From: the human T2T-CHM13v2.0 reference genome, Homo sapiens
Direction: 5' to 3' (one strand)
NCBI RefSeq assembly: GCF_009914755.1
Contig: NC_060934.1
DNA length: 64,000 bases
Shown in pieces: positions 15,301 through 29,739 of the stretch. Every line of letters starts with the position of its first letter. The stretch's first letter is position 1. A program made the position numbers and the translations under genes. The notes below the pieces were generated by a model. It did no database searches. It was given only the letters and a program-made list of their open reading frames with translations, and was not told where the DNA came from.

Positions 15301-16977
15301 AAGTCAGGAGAGAACAAGAAGGGGGAGGGGGATATTGCTGCTGTTTGGTGTTTTATTTTGTGTGTGTGTTTTTTGTTGCCTAGGAAAAAGAATAGGCTCT
15401 AAAGCAGGGCTGGCTGCATCACACCTGATCTGTCTAGAGCGCTCTTATTTCAGTCCCAGAGAGGAAGCGCCCAGCCCCGGACTACAGAGCTGTGAATGAA
15501 CCCACGCAGGGCGAGTGGAGAATTTATTCCAGGGGTTAGCTGGTGATTAGGACACCGTGCAAGGGGTGGGGCTTGCTATGCCTAGAGCAGCCCGCTTGAG
15601 CTCGGCTCCCTAGCTAGCACCTTTACAAAGGATGGAGAGACGGAATCCGCAAACGCTATCCCTTTGAATAAAGGCAGCCTTGTTAGGGAAAGGAAAGACT
15701 GTCAGTCCCCCCACTGGCTTCTTTCCCTTGGGGATATTTGTTCTGCCCTCTTTGTATTGTTCATTTCTCCTGCCATGTTGACCTGGATATGGGATGTAGC
15801 ATCTATTAAAGATTCTTATTTGAATTTGAATTATTTTATTTGAATTTTGAAATAAGATTCCCATCCCCCTTTTTAATCTTTCTACTCCCAGAAGCAGCTA
15901 GGATAGTGGTTTTTAGTCCAAACCTATGTAAGTTAATGAGTTAACATAACAACAAAAAACTCATAATTTTTCTAATTGGGCAATTAAAAACTTTACCAAA
16001 ACTTGGAAATAATGGGGAAGAGCATGACCTTTCAATGTCAAACTGAGACATCGGTTAACAAGTCCACCCAGGGGCCAGTTAATTCTCCAGTTGTGTTTGG
16101 CTTTGCTCTTCACTATTGATTAGATTCCAGCCACAGTGAAGTTCTGTGGTCACTTGCACATTTTATTCAGCCTGTTCAGAGAAAAAGATAATCGCAGCGT
16201 TTATGATTTTATTGCAATATAGGAAGATAACCAATTTTGCATCTAACCAAATAATCATTTTGCATCTAACCAAACTTTCTTTCTAAATACCTGTAAATCC
16301 ACAGATCCTCAAAATGCTTTTGGAACCAGCTTCATCATCTTACAGTTTTCCCCATTAATAAGTGAATAGATCTCTGCTGCCTGCCTATGTTTGTATGAGA
16401 GTTGTATTTTAACTTTTTAAATTTATACCTTGAAAAATAAAAATTGAGTTTTCAAAGAAAAACAGGTTTCATTAAGGTTCTTTGCAATTTTGCTTTCCTC
16501 TCTCCAAATATTTTTAAAATCAGCTAAATAAAAACCTAATATGGTCTTAGACTGAATTCTATGGACTAAAATAAGTTCAGGAATATTAATCCTTTGTATG
16601 TATAACTATACAGTACATATTTGTTCCGAAGCCACCTACTATTTCATTTGAGCTAGGTTCAGGAGTAAGAGACATCGCTGCTTCACTGTATTCATTATTT
16701 AGCCATTTCAAAGTGAGATCTGTTCTTTGTTTATTCAGACTGATGAAGGTAAGTCTATATTCAGCCTTCTGACTGACTTATGGTTTCATAGATTACATGG
16801 TTGTTAATTTCCCATATGGTTGTTAATTTCCAGAAACCCCTTGTACTCATTGACTATGGTGTTTATTCCAAGTGTTCCAGTGTGGAGAAAGATCACACTT
16901 TTCTCCTATAAATACTCCCAGTGATCCACTTGTAATGGAAATGTTCAATGCTTTTAATTTGAAATAGGACTTGGACA

Positions 16978-17322
16978 TTTAATTAAGAACAACCTTAATT
17001 AAATGGTTGATTTTCTTATATACTGCCAAATACTGTTTTTTTTTCATTCTATGAAATGAATTGGGCCCTTTGAAAATAAAATGAAATAACAAATGTACCC
17101 AATAAATGCAAGTATTCAATAATGTCCAAGGAAAAGAAATAAAAATTCTCAGCAACTCGTGAATAGGAAGGACCAAAATTAGGTTTTAGGCAGTACCCAC
17201 ATACAATGAAAACAACTGGTTGATACAGTTGATTATGGATAAAAACCAAAACATCCCTGAAAAAACATTATTTGGCAGTATATAACAAAATCAACCATTT
17301 TAATTTTTACTTCTCAATTAAT
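16978..17322. repeat. Inverted repeat: ~50 bp arms around a ~210 bp spacer
   Basis: 16997-17046 is the reverse complement of 17258-17305, with 2 substitutions plus homopolymer-length differences. Confidence 0.85.
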
Positions 17323-19199
17323 TCTTATGACATTTGTTTTCATCTTAAATCAGGTTTAGAAATTGTCTTTGTAAGTGGCTTTTTAATTGGCTTTTATGAT
17401 GTTTTGTACTGTTCAACTTGGAATAGGACAATACTGATGAATATCGTACAACATATGATTATTTTGGAGACCCTCAGCTTTACTAAAGAACAATTCCAGG
17501 AGGGTTTGAAAAGGGGAGCAGAAAAATTAATATTGAGTTTATGAAGAAGTAAGTTCTAGGCCAGTATTTCCCAAGTGGCAGTGAAATTCTAGTCTCCAGA
17601 AAATCCAGGAAAATGTTTTAAAAGTTACATGGTCAAAAATAAGTTTTGGAAAAGATGCATATTATAAATTCACAATGCACATTAGGTAGCAAAGAGAAGT
17701 TTTTCATCTGTTTTTAACCAGTGTTCCTCAAATTCATTGAAGACCAAAATAATTTTTTGTTAAATATATCATCAATTAGAATCATGTATAACTAGGAATT
17801 TTGAGAAAATAACTCCTGAATATATCAGGAAAAAAATGCAAAGGGAATTAAGTGGTATATTTATTAAACGAATGAATGAACAAATGATTCTACATGCTTA
17901 TCACTATCCCATAGTTATGAATAAGACAGACACAGTCCCTGACATCATAACATTTTTAATATAAATATATTGCATATTTATATATGTAAAATACATAATG
18001 TATATTATATGTACAATTCTATTGTATACAATATAAGTAAAATAAAGGAAAAATGAAGATGCTAGATTTGAATATGGTTAATTCACTTAACATGTTAAAA
18101 GTGCTCAATTTTAAATGCTCATTTTTCTATCAGTGCTCTAAAACCAATATCTGAATATCAGATCTAATACCAATAGTTTAGTTTAATTGTAAAATTGTTA
18201 ATTCTAATGTATTGACTTGACTATATGCAAAATATAAAGCAACAGTGTAGAGGTCAAGAAAGAAATTTCCAGATTTGCCAAGACTCAAGACCCACCGCTT
18301 ACTAATAGTTTAAACATGAACAACCTCTTTTGCCTCAATTTTCTCATCTGTAAAATAAAGATAATAATGACCTATTTTATGGGTTCTTATGAAGATTAAA
18401 TTAAATGACATGCCTGACAAATTTAAAAAATAGTAAATAAATGCTGCTAATTATCCTTATTTTCATTAGTATTATTATAATAAATAAGAATATATAAACA
18501 AAGCTTGAGACAAGATGAACAATGCCACTGTGCTTGAAGAGGAGGCTTACAGATGATATTTTCTTTCTACTTCCTATGATGGCGCAGTGTTTACACAGCT
18601 TTTTTTTTTTTTAAGAACAATAAAATTTAAAACTTTACTAAATGCGGATGGGCTGCTCCGGATGAAATGGGTTTCATCCAGATTGGCTTTGTGCTCAGTT
18701 TACAACTCTTCAATTTAAAATACTTGCGCATCCCTGGAGGAACAGACAATTCTGAGAAATCACTTTCTGCAAGATGCTGGGGCAAGAAGCCAGAATCTTT
18801 ACAATGCCAGGAAATCAACAGAGGCCTGCTCTATTGGCCTGGACAGAGTGACTTGTAGCTTCCTGTCAGTACCCTTGGGAATGACCAGGCTTCCTTGTGA
18901 AAGAGAGGACTCTTGCCTGAAGAGATAATTTTTTTTCCACAAAAAAAGAAAAAAAAAAAAACTTCTTCCCATCCCTGTCCCCTAATCTATTTCTTCACCA
19001 GCTCCAATGAGGACAGCATATCAAGAGTCCTTATTATCTGAGTGGTCAGTAACTGAGCTCCTGAAGATTCAAAGGTGCCCAGGGAAGCAAAGCTGTGATA
19101 CCAAAAACATGTACTAGCGACAGACTGTTTGTGATATTGGTCTTCATCCAAACAACCCTCCCCAATTAATGCTAGTGTACATCAAGTCCATCTTTGGCA

Positions 19200-19490
19200 A
19201 TCTCTCTCTGATTTATCTGACAATAAAATGCAGATGCAATGTAAATTGATTGATAAGTGAAATTTCAATTTTTTACAAAAGAGTCAGGATTTCTTGAAGC
19301 CAGTGGAAGTGATATTGCAGAACAGCTTGAATCACATTAAAAACCAGTGACAAGTGAGGTATTGGCAGTAACAACCAAAGAATAAAAATTGACAAGAATG
19401 CTGAGATGCCAATTCCAAAAGGAATTAATCAATTATCAAAGGATTAAGAGTGGCCCTTGGAAAAATTTATGGAGCCCTTAATTAATTTTG
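19200..19490 (+). mobile_element. Degenerate Tigger/pogo-like transposase remnant
   Basis: Translation SDIAEQLESH*KPVTSEVLA resembles the Tigger C-terminal D.eELLeSH..PLTnEdL motif. Confidence 0.4.
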
Positions 19491-19689
19491 TAATTTCCCT
19501 TTTTATAATAATGTAATGAGTATCAAATGTGATGTGAAGATTATCACTTTGAGCTATTAATGTTTTTGAGAAAAATATGTATAACCCCTCCAATAGGTAA
19601 AATTTAGTCTCTATGATTTTTAAGAATTGGTTCACTATTTGAATTATACCCAGAATATAAAATAGTAATATTTCTATAATTTCTTTACC

Positions 19690-20320
19690 ATTTACCATGG
19701 CCTCTCAGGCCCTATGTGCTCTGGCCCTGGAGACAACTGAACTTATCTCCAAAACACTGGCCTCTCTCCTGTTATTATAACAGGTGCACCTGATCCTGCC
19801 CTAGGACGTTTGCACCTGGGAACACCACCTGTAATATGCACAAACGTCCTCCCCTGGGGAAAACTAACTCCCTAAGTTAGTTTCTCCTATCATTCTATTC
19901 TGCTTTATCTTCTTCATAGGATCTGTCCCTACCATATATTTAATAGCTATTTGTCTATTTGTTGTATACTTTCCCCCCTCCACTAAAATGTAAGCCACGC
20001 TTGTGCAACCTGGGGCCCGGGACTGCTCTGAATCCAGCCCAACACAAATTGGTAGACTTTCTTAAAACATTGAGATTTTTTGTGATTTTTTTTAGCCCAT
20101 TTGCTATCATTAGTGTTCGTGTATTTTATTTGTGGCCCAACACAATTCTTCTTCCAATGTGACCCAGGGAAGCCAAAAGATTGGACACCCCTGGTTAAGC
20201 TCTTTGAGTAAAAAGACTTTTGGGCCTCATTCACTAGTATATCCCCATGGTCAACAATAGTGTCTACCAAGGTAGCTATGCAATAAATATTTGCAGAATA
20301 AAATTAATGAGTGAATATTT
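19690..20320 (+). mobile_element. L2 3' fragment interrupted by MER30
   Basis: ccactaaaatgtaag|ctctttgag...caataaatatttgcagaataaa L2 tail. Confidence 0.65.
19996..20193 (-). mobile_element. MER30 (hAT-Charlie MITE)
   Basis: Reverse complement begins caggggtgtccaatcttttggcttccctggg; both termini present. Confidence 0.85.
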
Positions 20321-20805
20321 AGTTTCACTTTCAAGATAATACTTCATTCACCCCCTTTTTTTGTTTCTATTATCTAGGAAATGTTAGCTCCTGATTAAGG
20401 GACTCATTGTAAGTGAGGTTTTTCCAAGACACTTTACCTTCAGGTAATGCACTCCTATATCAGACATTCCTTCCTTTCCTTTGCAGGGATAACAGATAGA
20501 TCTCCTGCTGTTGTGCCAACCTGATTGATGATACTGGCTGCACAGAATGTTGTCTATTTCTGAGGTGTGGTCCCAGTCCAGCCAGAAAGGGTACTGGGAT
20601 TGACTGTTCAGCAATGTTTGCTGTGGAAGCAGAATGTGGGCATGTTGGTGGAATTGCCAACCTAGAACACCCTATTAAAAGAAAAAATTTTCTTGGGAAA
20701 AGCACAGTTGGTTGTCAACACCTTGGTTTGAATTAATTTTCAGATAATCAAATACATCCTTGCTACTGATGTGATTCTTTAGAACCTTGGGAGTTATCTA
20801 GTTTA

Positions 20806-21109
<304 letters not shown>

Positions 21110-21329
21110 TACTTATTTTTTTAATACCTAAACTTCCAGGACAATCTCCAACTGTTGCTTGAGACCTTCAGAGGCCAAAAATTCACACTTTGGAAGCTCT
21201 TTTATTGGATCCTTCAAATCTTGAAAAAAAAAATCCACATAAACCTTCCCCTATCTCTTGTTACTTTCACCTGTGGCTTGAATGTCCCTCATATCCCAGC
21301 CGAAGAGATCCAATTCCTTCAGTAGAATC

Positions 21330-21650
21330 TCATATGACATCACTTAGAAGACCTTCAGCATCTTGTGTAGCCCCGGGTAAAGTGTGATAATGTCCTCTTA
21401 AAGGGCAGCCCTACACTGAACATATTACTCCAGGTTGTGGTCTGTTCAGTGAAGAGTAAAACAGAATTTGTGTCTCCGTCTTCTTAACATTATACTTTTC
21501 CATGTGGCCCAAGATCATTGTGAATGGTTTGGGCAGTTATGTCATAAGGCAGACCCAGATTATCAGAGTCCGCCGACACCCCAGAGCCATACCTGTGCTT
21601 TCCAGAAGGCAAGCAATTGGTTTGTTGAGCCTAAGTGCCAGCTTTGTGTA
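21330..21650. mobile_element. L3/CR1-like fragment
   Basis: actgaacatattactccaggttgtggtctg motif typical of L3. Confidence 0.4.
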
Positions 21651-21772
21651 TATTCCTTTGAAATTCTATATTGTTTGATCTGACATTTTATACTATTAAA
21701 TACAACTTTTCAGATCTTTTAGAATACACATTTTAGCCAAAATTATGTCGGCTAGCCCTTACAGTTTCATAG

Positions 21773-22130
<358 letters not shown>

Positions 22131-22829
22131 AATAAATACACTTTTATTCAATTCATAATTTTTTTTGCTTATATCAATCAGAAAATATCACATAATTATT
22201 CACTATATTAAAATTTAGAAAGTTTAAAATTATTTTACTTTAGGGGTGGTAGGTGGGAAAAGAAGCAATGAAAAAGGGGCTTAAACCCAATATCTGAGGT
22301 GCTGCTAGGATGAGAGTAAAATTGAGGCTGCAGGGTTACATGTGACATCATGAAGGCACAAAATGCCTCAAGGTGGGAGTGGCATTTCCATCCTCTTTAT
22401 CATACTCTTTCTCCCAGCAAAGTGGTAATAGTTGAAGCTCTAGTCTAACACAGATAGCAATTTAACAAGTCATGCAGTTGAAAGACAGTCTCACACCTGT
22501 GTGGGTGTAAGTCAGGACACATCCTAGGTGTCTGGGCCCCATTCAGCCAAATATTCCTTAATCTTAGAAGGAGAAAGTTTAATTTATCCCCCAAATTTCT
22601 CCTGTACCTTCAAAGAGAAGTTTCTAAATTTTTCTTTCTCATTCCATGATTGCATTTAATTACTCTGTTTTTAAATCTTGATAGCATCCTCTTTCTTTAC
22701 ACATTCTATTTGAGCTTTGGCCTAAGTAAATGTGCCTATGTTTTCACTGGTAATCTCCTTACATAAATGCCTTTGTCTGCTTACAATATGATAATCTACA
22801 TCTCTTTAAAATGCTCAACCTCTGAACAT

Positions 22830-23360
22830 TATTCCTGTTATATATTGTATTAATGACCTTAAGTCATTAATTACCATTTTATTACCATTAACAGCCATTT
22901 TATTTTGTTCATGATTGTGAGGGTCAGGAATTCCCAGAGAGTTCAGCTGGACACCTCATCTCTGATCCATGTGGTGACATCTGGGACAGGTGGAACCAGA
23001 GGACCACCTTCCAAAAGGGTTTCTTCACTGAAAGAGCCAATCACTCAATGCTCCCTGCAGGGCCTGTCTCTCCACATGGAATCTTATCCTTCAGGGCCTC
23101 TCCATGTGCCTTGAACTTCTCACAGCATAGTGATTTTAAGGCAATCTACCTTTTTAAATAGCAGCTGATGCACAAGAGACCAAGGCAGAAGCTGCCATTT
23201 TACTTAAAGGCTTGACCTAGAACTGGTGTAACATTACTTCTGCCATACTCCACTGGCCAAAGCAGATAAAAGTCAGCTCATATTCAATGGCAAAATAATA
23301 GACCCAACTTCCTGATGAGAAGAATGTCAAAGAATTTGTGACTATTTTTAATCTGCTACA
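22830..23360 (-). mobile_element. MLT1 (MaLR) solo LTR, F/G/H-like
   Basis: Reverse complement starts tgtagcagattaaaaatagtcacaaattctttgac. Confidence 0.7.
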
Positions 23361-23508
23361 GAAGTCTACAATGATGCATCTAGGAATTGTTATCGTTGGT
23401 TTCCTTATCCTTAGGGTCATGATAGCAAAGGGTCATGATAGCAAAGTCATAGTTACACTTTTCATTTCAATGGACAATTAATCTATACATTGTGGTCACC
23501 TATATATA

Positions 23509-24689
23509 CCAACATGCATTGCTTAACAATGGGCATATAGTCTGAGAAATACATTGTTAGGCAATTTTGTCATTGTGTGAATTAATATCATAGAGGGTTT
23601 TCATACAAACCTAGATGATGTAGTCTACTACATACTAGGCTATGTGATGTAACCTGTTTCTCCTAGGCTACAAACCTGTGCTGCATGAAACTGTTCCAAA
23701 CACTGTAAGCAACTGGAACACAGTGATGAGTGTTTGTGTATCTAAACACAGAAAAAATACAGTCAAAATACAGAATAAAGACTTTTAAAAATGGCATACC
23801 TGTATAGGGCACTAACCATGAATGGAGCTTGCAGAGGTAGAAGTTTCTGAGTTAGTCATGAGTGAATGGTGAGTGAATGTGAATGCCTAGGACATTCCTG
23901 TACACTACTGTAGACTTTCTAAACACTGCACACTTAGGCTACACTAAATTTATTAAAAATAGTTTTCTTTCTTTCATAAAAAACTAACCTTAGCATACTG
24001 TAACTTTTTAACTTTAAATTTTTTAACCTTTTGACTCTACTGTAATAGTACTTACCTTAAAACACAAATATATTATACAACTGTACACATTTTCCTTTTT
24101 ATATAGTTATTCCATAAGCTTTTTTCTATTTAAAATTATGGAGTTTTTTGTTTTTAAACAGTTTTGTTAAAAGCTAAGGCACAGACAAAGCAGTAGCCTA
24201 GGCCTATGCTGTGTCTGGATCATCAATATCACTGTCTTCCACCTCCACATCTTCTACTACTGGAAATTTTTCAGGTGCAAGAACATGCATGGAGCTGTCA
24301 TCTCTTATGATAACAATTTCTTCATCTGGAATGCCTCATGAAGGAATTGCCTGAAGCTTTTTTTATGGTTACCTTTTTTTTAATAAGTAGAAGGAGTACG
24401 CTCTAAAATAATGATCCAAAGTATAGTAAATACATAAACCAATAACATAGTTATTTGCTATCATTATCAAGTATTATGCACTGTACATAACCATATGTGC
24501 TATACTTTTATATGACTAGCAACACAGTAGGCTTGTTTACACCAACATCACCACAAACACATGAGTAATGTGTTGCAAAATGCTGTCACCAGGCAATAGG
24601 AATTTTTCAGCTCCATTATAATCTTATGGAACCACCATTATTTACATGGTCTGACATTGACCAAAATATCATTATGTGGCCCATGACTG
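23509..24689 (+). mobile_element. Tigger3b/MER7-type non-autonomous DNA transposon
   Basis: ~1.18 kb, TA-flanked, right TIR catgactg; internal acaaacctagat...ctcctaggctacaaacctgt. Confidence 0.85.
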
Positions 24690-26279
24690 TACATGTATGG
24701 AAGTATGTACAGATGAATGAGTGGATAAAAGAAATAGTTATTAAGAAAAGAGGCAAATTTCTGGTATCCCCAAGAATTTAAGTCTGACTACTTAATTTGG
24801 CTAATTCAAGCAACAGTATTCAACAGTGTTATTTCAGTACCCTGGCATGCCATGATTAGCTCAAAGGTGTATTACAACTTACAAGTCATTTGTCAAATAT
24901 TAGCATTGGTGAATAATTCTATAGCTAAATAATAAAGTAGAGCAGATCCATGTTTTTCTCTACAAGAGCATCACTCTCCTTCACATGCATTCCTAACTGC
25001 ATTCTTCAGTGGATATTAAGGGGTGGAGTTGTTGCAGCTCTTCCACTGAGAACTGCTCATAACTCTGGTGTACTGATGGAAAACTTTCACACCCAGCCAT
25101 CATCCGTCTTGTATGACTTGGAGAAGAAAAAAAGAAAAGATTAAAAGCTCATAGCTTAGAGAATATTACCAAAGGAGCCAGTATGAGTTAGCTAGATAAA
25201 AGCTGGATAAAATCTAAATATGAAGCAATCTTGAAGTTTGTTTTGCTCAGTAGCAATAGAAAAAAAAATCTTATAGGCTTGTCCTACCTTCTGTCTTCTG
25301 CCTTTCTCACTTTCCCCCAGATCTTTCCCTAGTGAGTCCACAAATTTGGGTTAACAAAACTTAGTGAAATATACCAGCTACCAATCATACTGGAAAAATA
25401 ACTCAAAGTCATACTTTGCTAAGGTTGGGTCCGGAATACTGTTTCCTAATACTGAAAACAGAAGATGTATTTATATTTCCAGAAGCATAATGTCTAACTC
25501 CACAACTATTTCTAATGACTAAGCATATATTACTGTAAAATAAAATTTGCCCTTATCACCTTCTTGAGACGATGAGTGGGCTCTGTCTCTCATGGACCTT
25601 GTGAGCTGCTTTTCACTTGTAGGTGGTTTACACACATATAGAGAAAGCATCATTCCCTTGGGCCCTGAAGCAGTAGGGGCTGCTGCATTTCTATATTTGG
25701 CATCAGTCCTCAGTGCAGGATTCAACTCAGGTCACTGCTGGGCCTGCCGTCACTGGGCTTGACTTTGTACAGAAACCAACTAATGTCTTAATAATCCTCA
25801 AGAAATCATTAAAAATCCATGTGTGATGTTGTGACTTTCAATCAAATAGTAAATATCAGGTTCTAGAAGCAGTAGGACATAAATGACTGCAACAAAATTG
25901 GTCAGAAATGGTCAGTCTCCTAGGCAAAAATAGAATATTCAGAATCAACCTATAAAGAAATATAAATTATTTTAATATGTGCAAAACCTGTTAGAGATAG
26001 TTTTCATCTAATAAATAAAATGCTGAAATCGTAAAAGCCTAGAAAGAAGCATAATATAAGGAGAAATACTCAAGACAGAGAGTTCTGGGCCTAGAAGCTG
26101 CCTCAGCTGTACCATTAACACACTTGACCTTACATGGTGAGAGGCTAAACTTCTCTGCACCTCAGTGTCCTAAAATATGAGACAGCTAAACGGGATCTTT
26201 AATGACTTGGCCAGCTTTAAAATTCTGTTATTGGTGGCAGGGGTGAGGGGATATAAAAACAAAGTCACATGGCCCATGT

Positions 26280-26370
26280 TGAAAAGGAAAAAAGGAAGAA
26301 AAAAAGGAAGGAAGAGGTGGAGGAAGGGAAGGAAAGGAAAGGAAAGGAAAAGAAAGGAAAAGAGAGGAGA
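26280..26370 (+). repeat. (GGAAA)n / GA-rich low-complexity tract
   Basis: Nearly pure purine run of ~90 bp. Confidence 0.9.
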
Positions 26371-27607
26371 CTAAGAAAAACTGCTTATGTATATGGGGAA
26401 AAACCTTTGAAGTTAAAACTCTGTCTAGATAATGACTACATCAACATAATAAATGACTCAATGAAAGTGGTAAAGAACTGGCCATTCAATTGATGGCCTT
26501 ACAGTACTACTAAACATTCATTGGCTCATTATACAGAATGTTGGCCTGTGAGTTCTACCTATGAACTTCTAGGAAGCATCAATAATTCAATCAAAAATCG
26601 TATTCTATTTTTGCAAATAACATGGGACTATTTCAGTACTATTTGCTTCAGTTTTCCACTGAGGGACTTGAATTTCTGCAACATTATGGATAAATTGGTT
26701 TCTGTGGGTGCCTGACTACGTGTGACTCCATATCCACAAGTTATTTTTATGGGAGGGAGCTGAAGGGACTAACATGGCATCTCTCTTCCATTATAATCAC
26801 TGAAGGTCTGTAAGTAGAAGTGGAGGGGCAGAAGAGTTTGGAGCCTACCGAGATTAGGGAAAAGGCTCAGAAGAAGAAACTAAACTGAGAAGTATCAAAG
26901 ACTATGAGGAAAGAAGTGATAGGCAAATTATGTGTGGAGGTTAAAAAGCAATGGGGGTTCAATGGAATCATTGTATAAAAATAATATGTAATAAAAAAAA
27001 ATAAAGAGGCAATGGAGGTATCTGGATATCTGGATTTCCAATCAGACCCTGGGATTCTCCAAACTGCCTGGCTCCTATGTTGTTTCATGTAGTAAGAATC
27101 CCCTGGTCTTACCTATTTGTTATCCACCTTCTTCCTACCATCATAAGAAGTAACACTGTGGAAAAGGATTCACTTCACATGGTCCGGGCTTTGGAATGAA
27201 CACTGTCCACTGACTGACAGCATGTGCTCGTAAGAATGGTGGTGTAGACTGGGGTCTGCCTTGCACCATTCATGAGCAGCCAGGGAGACTTTGTTGTGCT
27301 GTATTTTGTCAAAAATTGGGTTGGGAGTTTCATGTTCATATTCCTTAAATTGAAGGAGACCATGTCATGGGCCTTAGGAAGCTGATGCCAGGGCTACATT
27401 TTCCAGTCTGTTTATCACATTGTCTGAGCTCTCATCACTCACTCAGCAGCTCCTTTCCTTGGCCTCCAGCCCAGCTAAGTTTTAAATCAAAGTTTTTAGG
27501 TTTTTTAAAAAAACTTTTCCAACATACACAAATCTAGAGAATAATATGATAAATCCCCATATGCCTAACACCTAGCTTCAACAATTATCAGCATTTAGCC
27601 ATTCTTT

Positions 27608-28161
27608 TGCCAACTGCTGGCTGCCCCAAAATATCATCAAAGCCAACTGATAAGACAAAGCTGAGTTTATTACGATCTGATAAAGGATGATACTGTCTTG
27701 CCAGAGTTTTAATACCCTCTTGAAGTGAGGGTGGCAAACTTGGCATATATATGTGGTTTTGGAGTCTGATTCAAGGTGGATCTTTCAATGAAAGGGGAAC
27801 ATGATTAGGATTAAGTAAGGATAAAGATAAAATAATTTATGACCTGTGAACACAACAAGATGAAGATTTTCAAGGTGAGGATTTTGAGGTAAGTGATTCG
27901 AAAAGTCTTGGGGTATAAATACTGGCTTGGTGCTATTTGTTGGAGAGTTCAGTGTTCAGTTAAAAGGGTTTTATGGGAAGTTCCTGAAACAAACAATATG
28001 CTTATTTACACATATCTTCCTGGGCAAGAGTACTCTGGAATAGTAAAATCAGATTGATGAAGGCAGTGGAATGGTAAAGTCATATTAGTGTAGCAGCTAA
28101 ATAGTAAAGTTATGTTAATGTATGCATTAAGTTTTTTGGGTGTATGTGGTTTGGGTTCTCA
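27608..28161 (-). mobile_element. ERVL-class solo LTR (MER54/74/88-like) inserted in an L1M 3' fragment
   Basis: TG...CA termini (reverse complement starts tgagaacccaaaccacatacaccc); L1M-like sequence on both sides. Confidence 0.5.
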
Positions 28162-29739
28162 GTGTCATCTAGCCCCCCACTCACATTTATTGTTCTTGTT
28201 ATTCCCTAAAATAGTTTAATTTATTGTTTATTTTTAAAAGTTGCCAATGGTATCCAGGTTATAAACACACTCTGTAACTAGGTAAAATCTCTAATAACCA
28301 GAAACCTCATATACATTCTATTTTGTCTTATATTTTCAGTTGTTCTGTTCTTTGCTTTATCAGGAAAGCCAAGGAAATAACTCTCATGCTAAAAATTCAC
28401 TGTCGGACGCTCTGGAATAAAAAAAAAAAAAAATGCTGAGGACTATTCAGAATCTCAAAGAGCTCTAAACAGAAATCATTGCCTTATTAGGCAAACAGCC
28501 AGTCTAAGCCATGATAACAGGAGCAGAGAGTCAGCAAGTTCAAGTTCAATGTGGGCTTTGTGGGGAGCATGCTGAGTAAAGTCAGCTCCTCTTTAGTAAA
28601 TTAAGCCATTCTTCTGAAGGAAAAAAAAATGCCTTAAAGAATATATATCGTGGCTTTTGACATCCATTCCTTTGGGGTTAGTAAAAATATAAATGTATTC
28701 AGGCCACAAACATTAATTAAGCATGCTCTAAATGCAGGGCAAAGAGGGAAAGGTCAATGTTTCTGAGAAAAGCCTGTCTTGGTGGAAAAATCACCACTTT
28801 TGAAATGATACCTGCATGAGAATCTTGAAGAAATTACTTAGCATCTAATTTCTTAATGTCTTTAAATTTCGAAATTTACTATACACAAACTCGCAGGCCT
28901 TTAAAGACAGGAAGAAGAAATGCACATATGGAGCCTGGCATCTAGAATGCATTATTGTTCCAACTGCAATCTCTGCCCTTGAGGAGACTTTGCAAAGTGT
29001 CAAAAATAGAAGGGCAGAACAGCAGGTTGTATTGGAGTCCAATCATCTAGGGTCCACAATGCTATGTCTGATGTATTTTGTGCATTGGTGAATATTTCTG
29101 AGTGGGATTCTAGAATGATAAGAACCATGCTCCAGGAGTATGACTTTGACTGCCAGTGTCACTTATGGGCTCCCAAAAGGGGTTCTGTGCTGGGCCCCAG
29201 GCTTTAAAGGACCATTAGCAAACACATGGTGGCTGTCTTTCAGGACCTGGTCTCAGCACTGGTTGAGTGTGACTCACAACTGTTGTGTCTAACACCGCCT
29301 CTGTCTCAGAGAGACATTTATCCTCATTGTTGCCTTATATACTTGAAAAGAAAGGTGACTGTGTCCAAATGCCCTCGTGGTTTGTGTGGCATTGCTCCAG
29401 AGAGCTAGGAGAATTTGAATGACAGAACAGCTTAGGTAAGAGAAAAGATAAATTAGTTAACCTGTCAATCCTTCCTCTCAGAGAGCATGAATGCACTAAA
29501 CTCTTGCATAACGAAGTATTTCCCAGGAGGGCTGAATATCCATTTTGCCTCTCTTCTTTCCTATTCATAGTTCTAGAAGTATTCAAAAATTAGTAATGTA
29601 TTTGCAGCTGAGGAATATTTTACAATATGAAACAATTCATACAACTCTAAAATGTGTATTAGATTGAACCATTTAAAAGTATCCAGTTTTTTGTACATCA
29701 ACCTGCATGGTTCAAACACACACACATACACACAATCTT

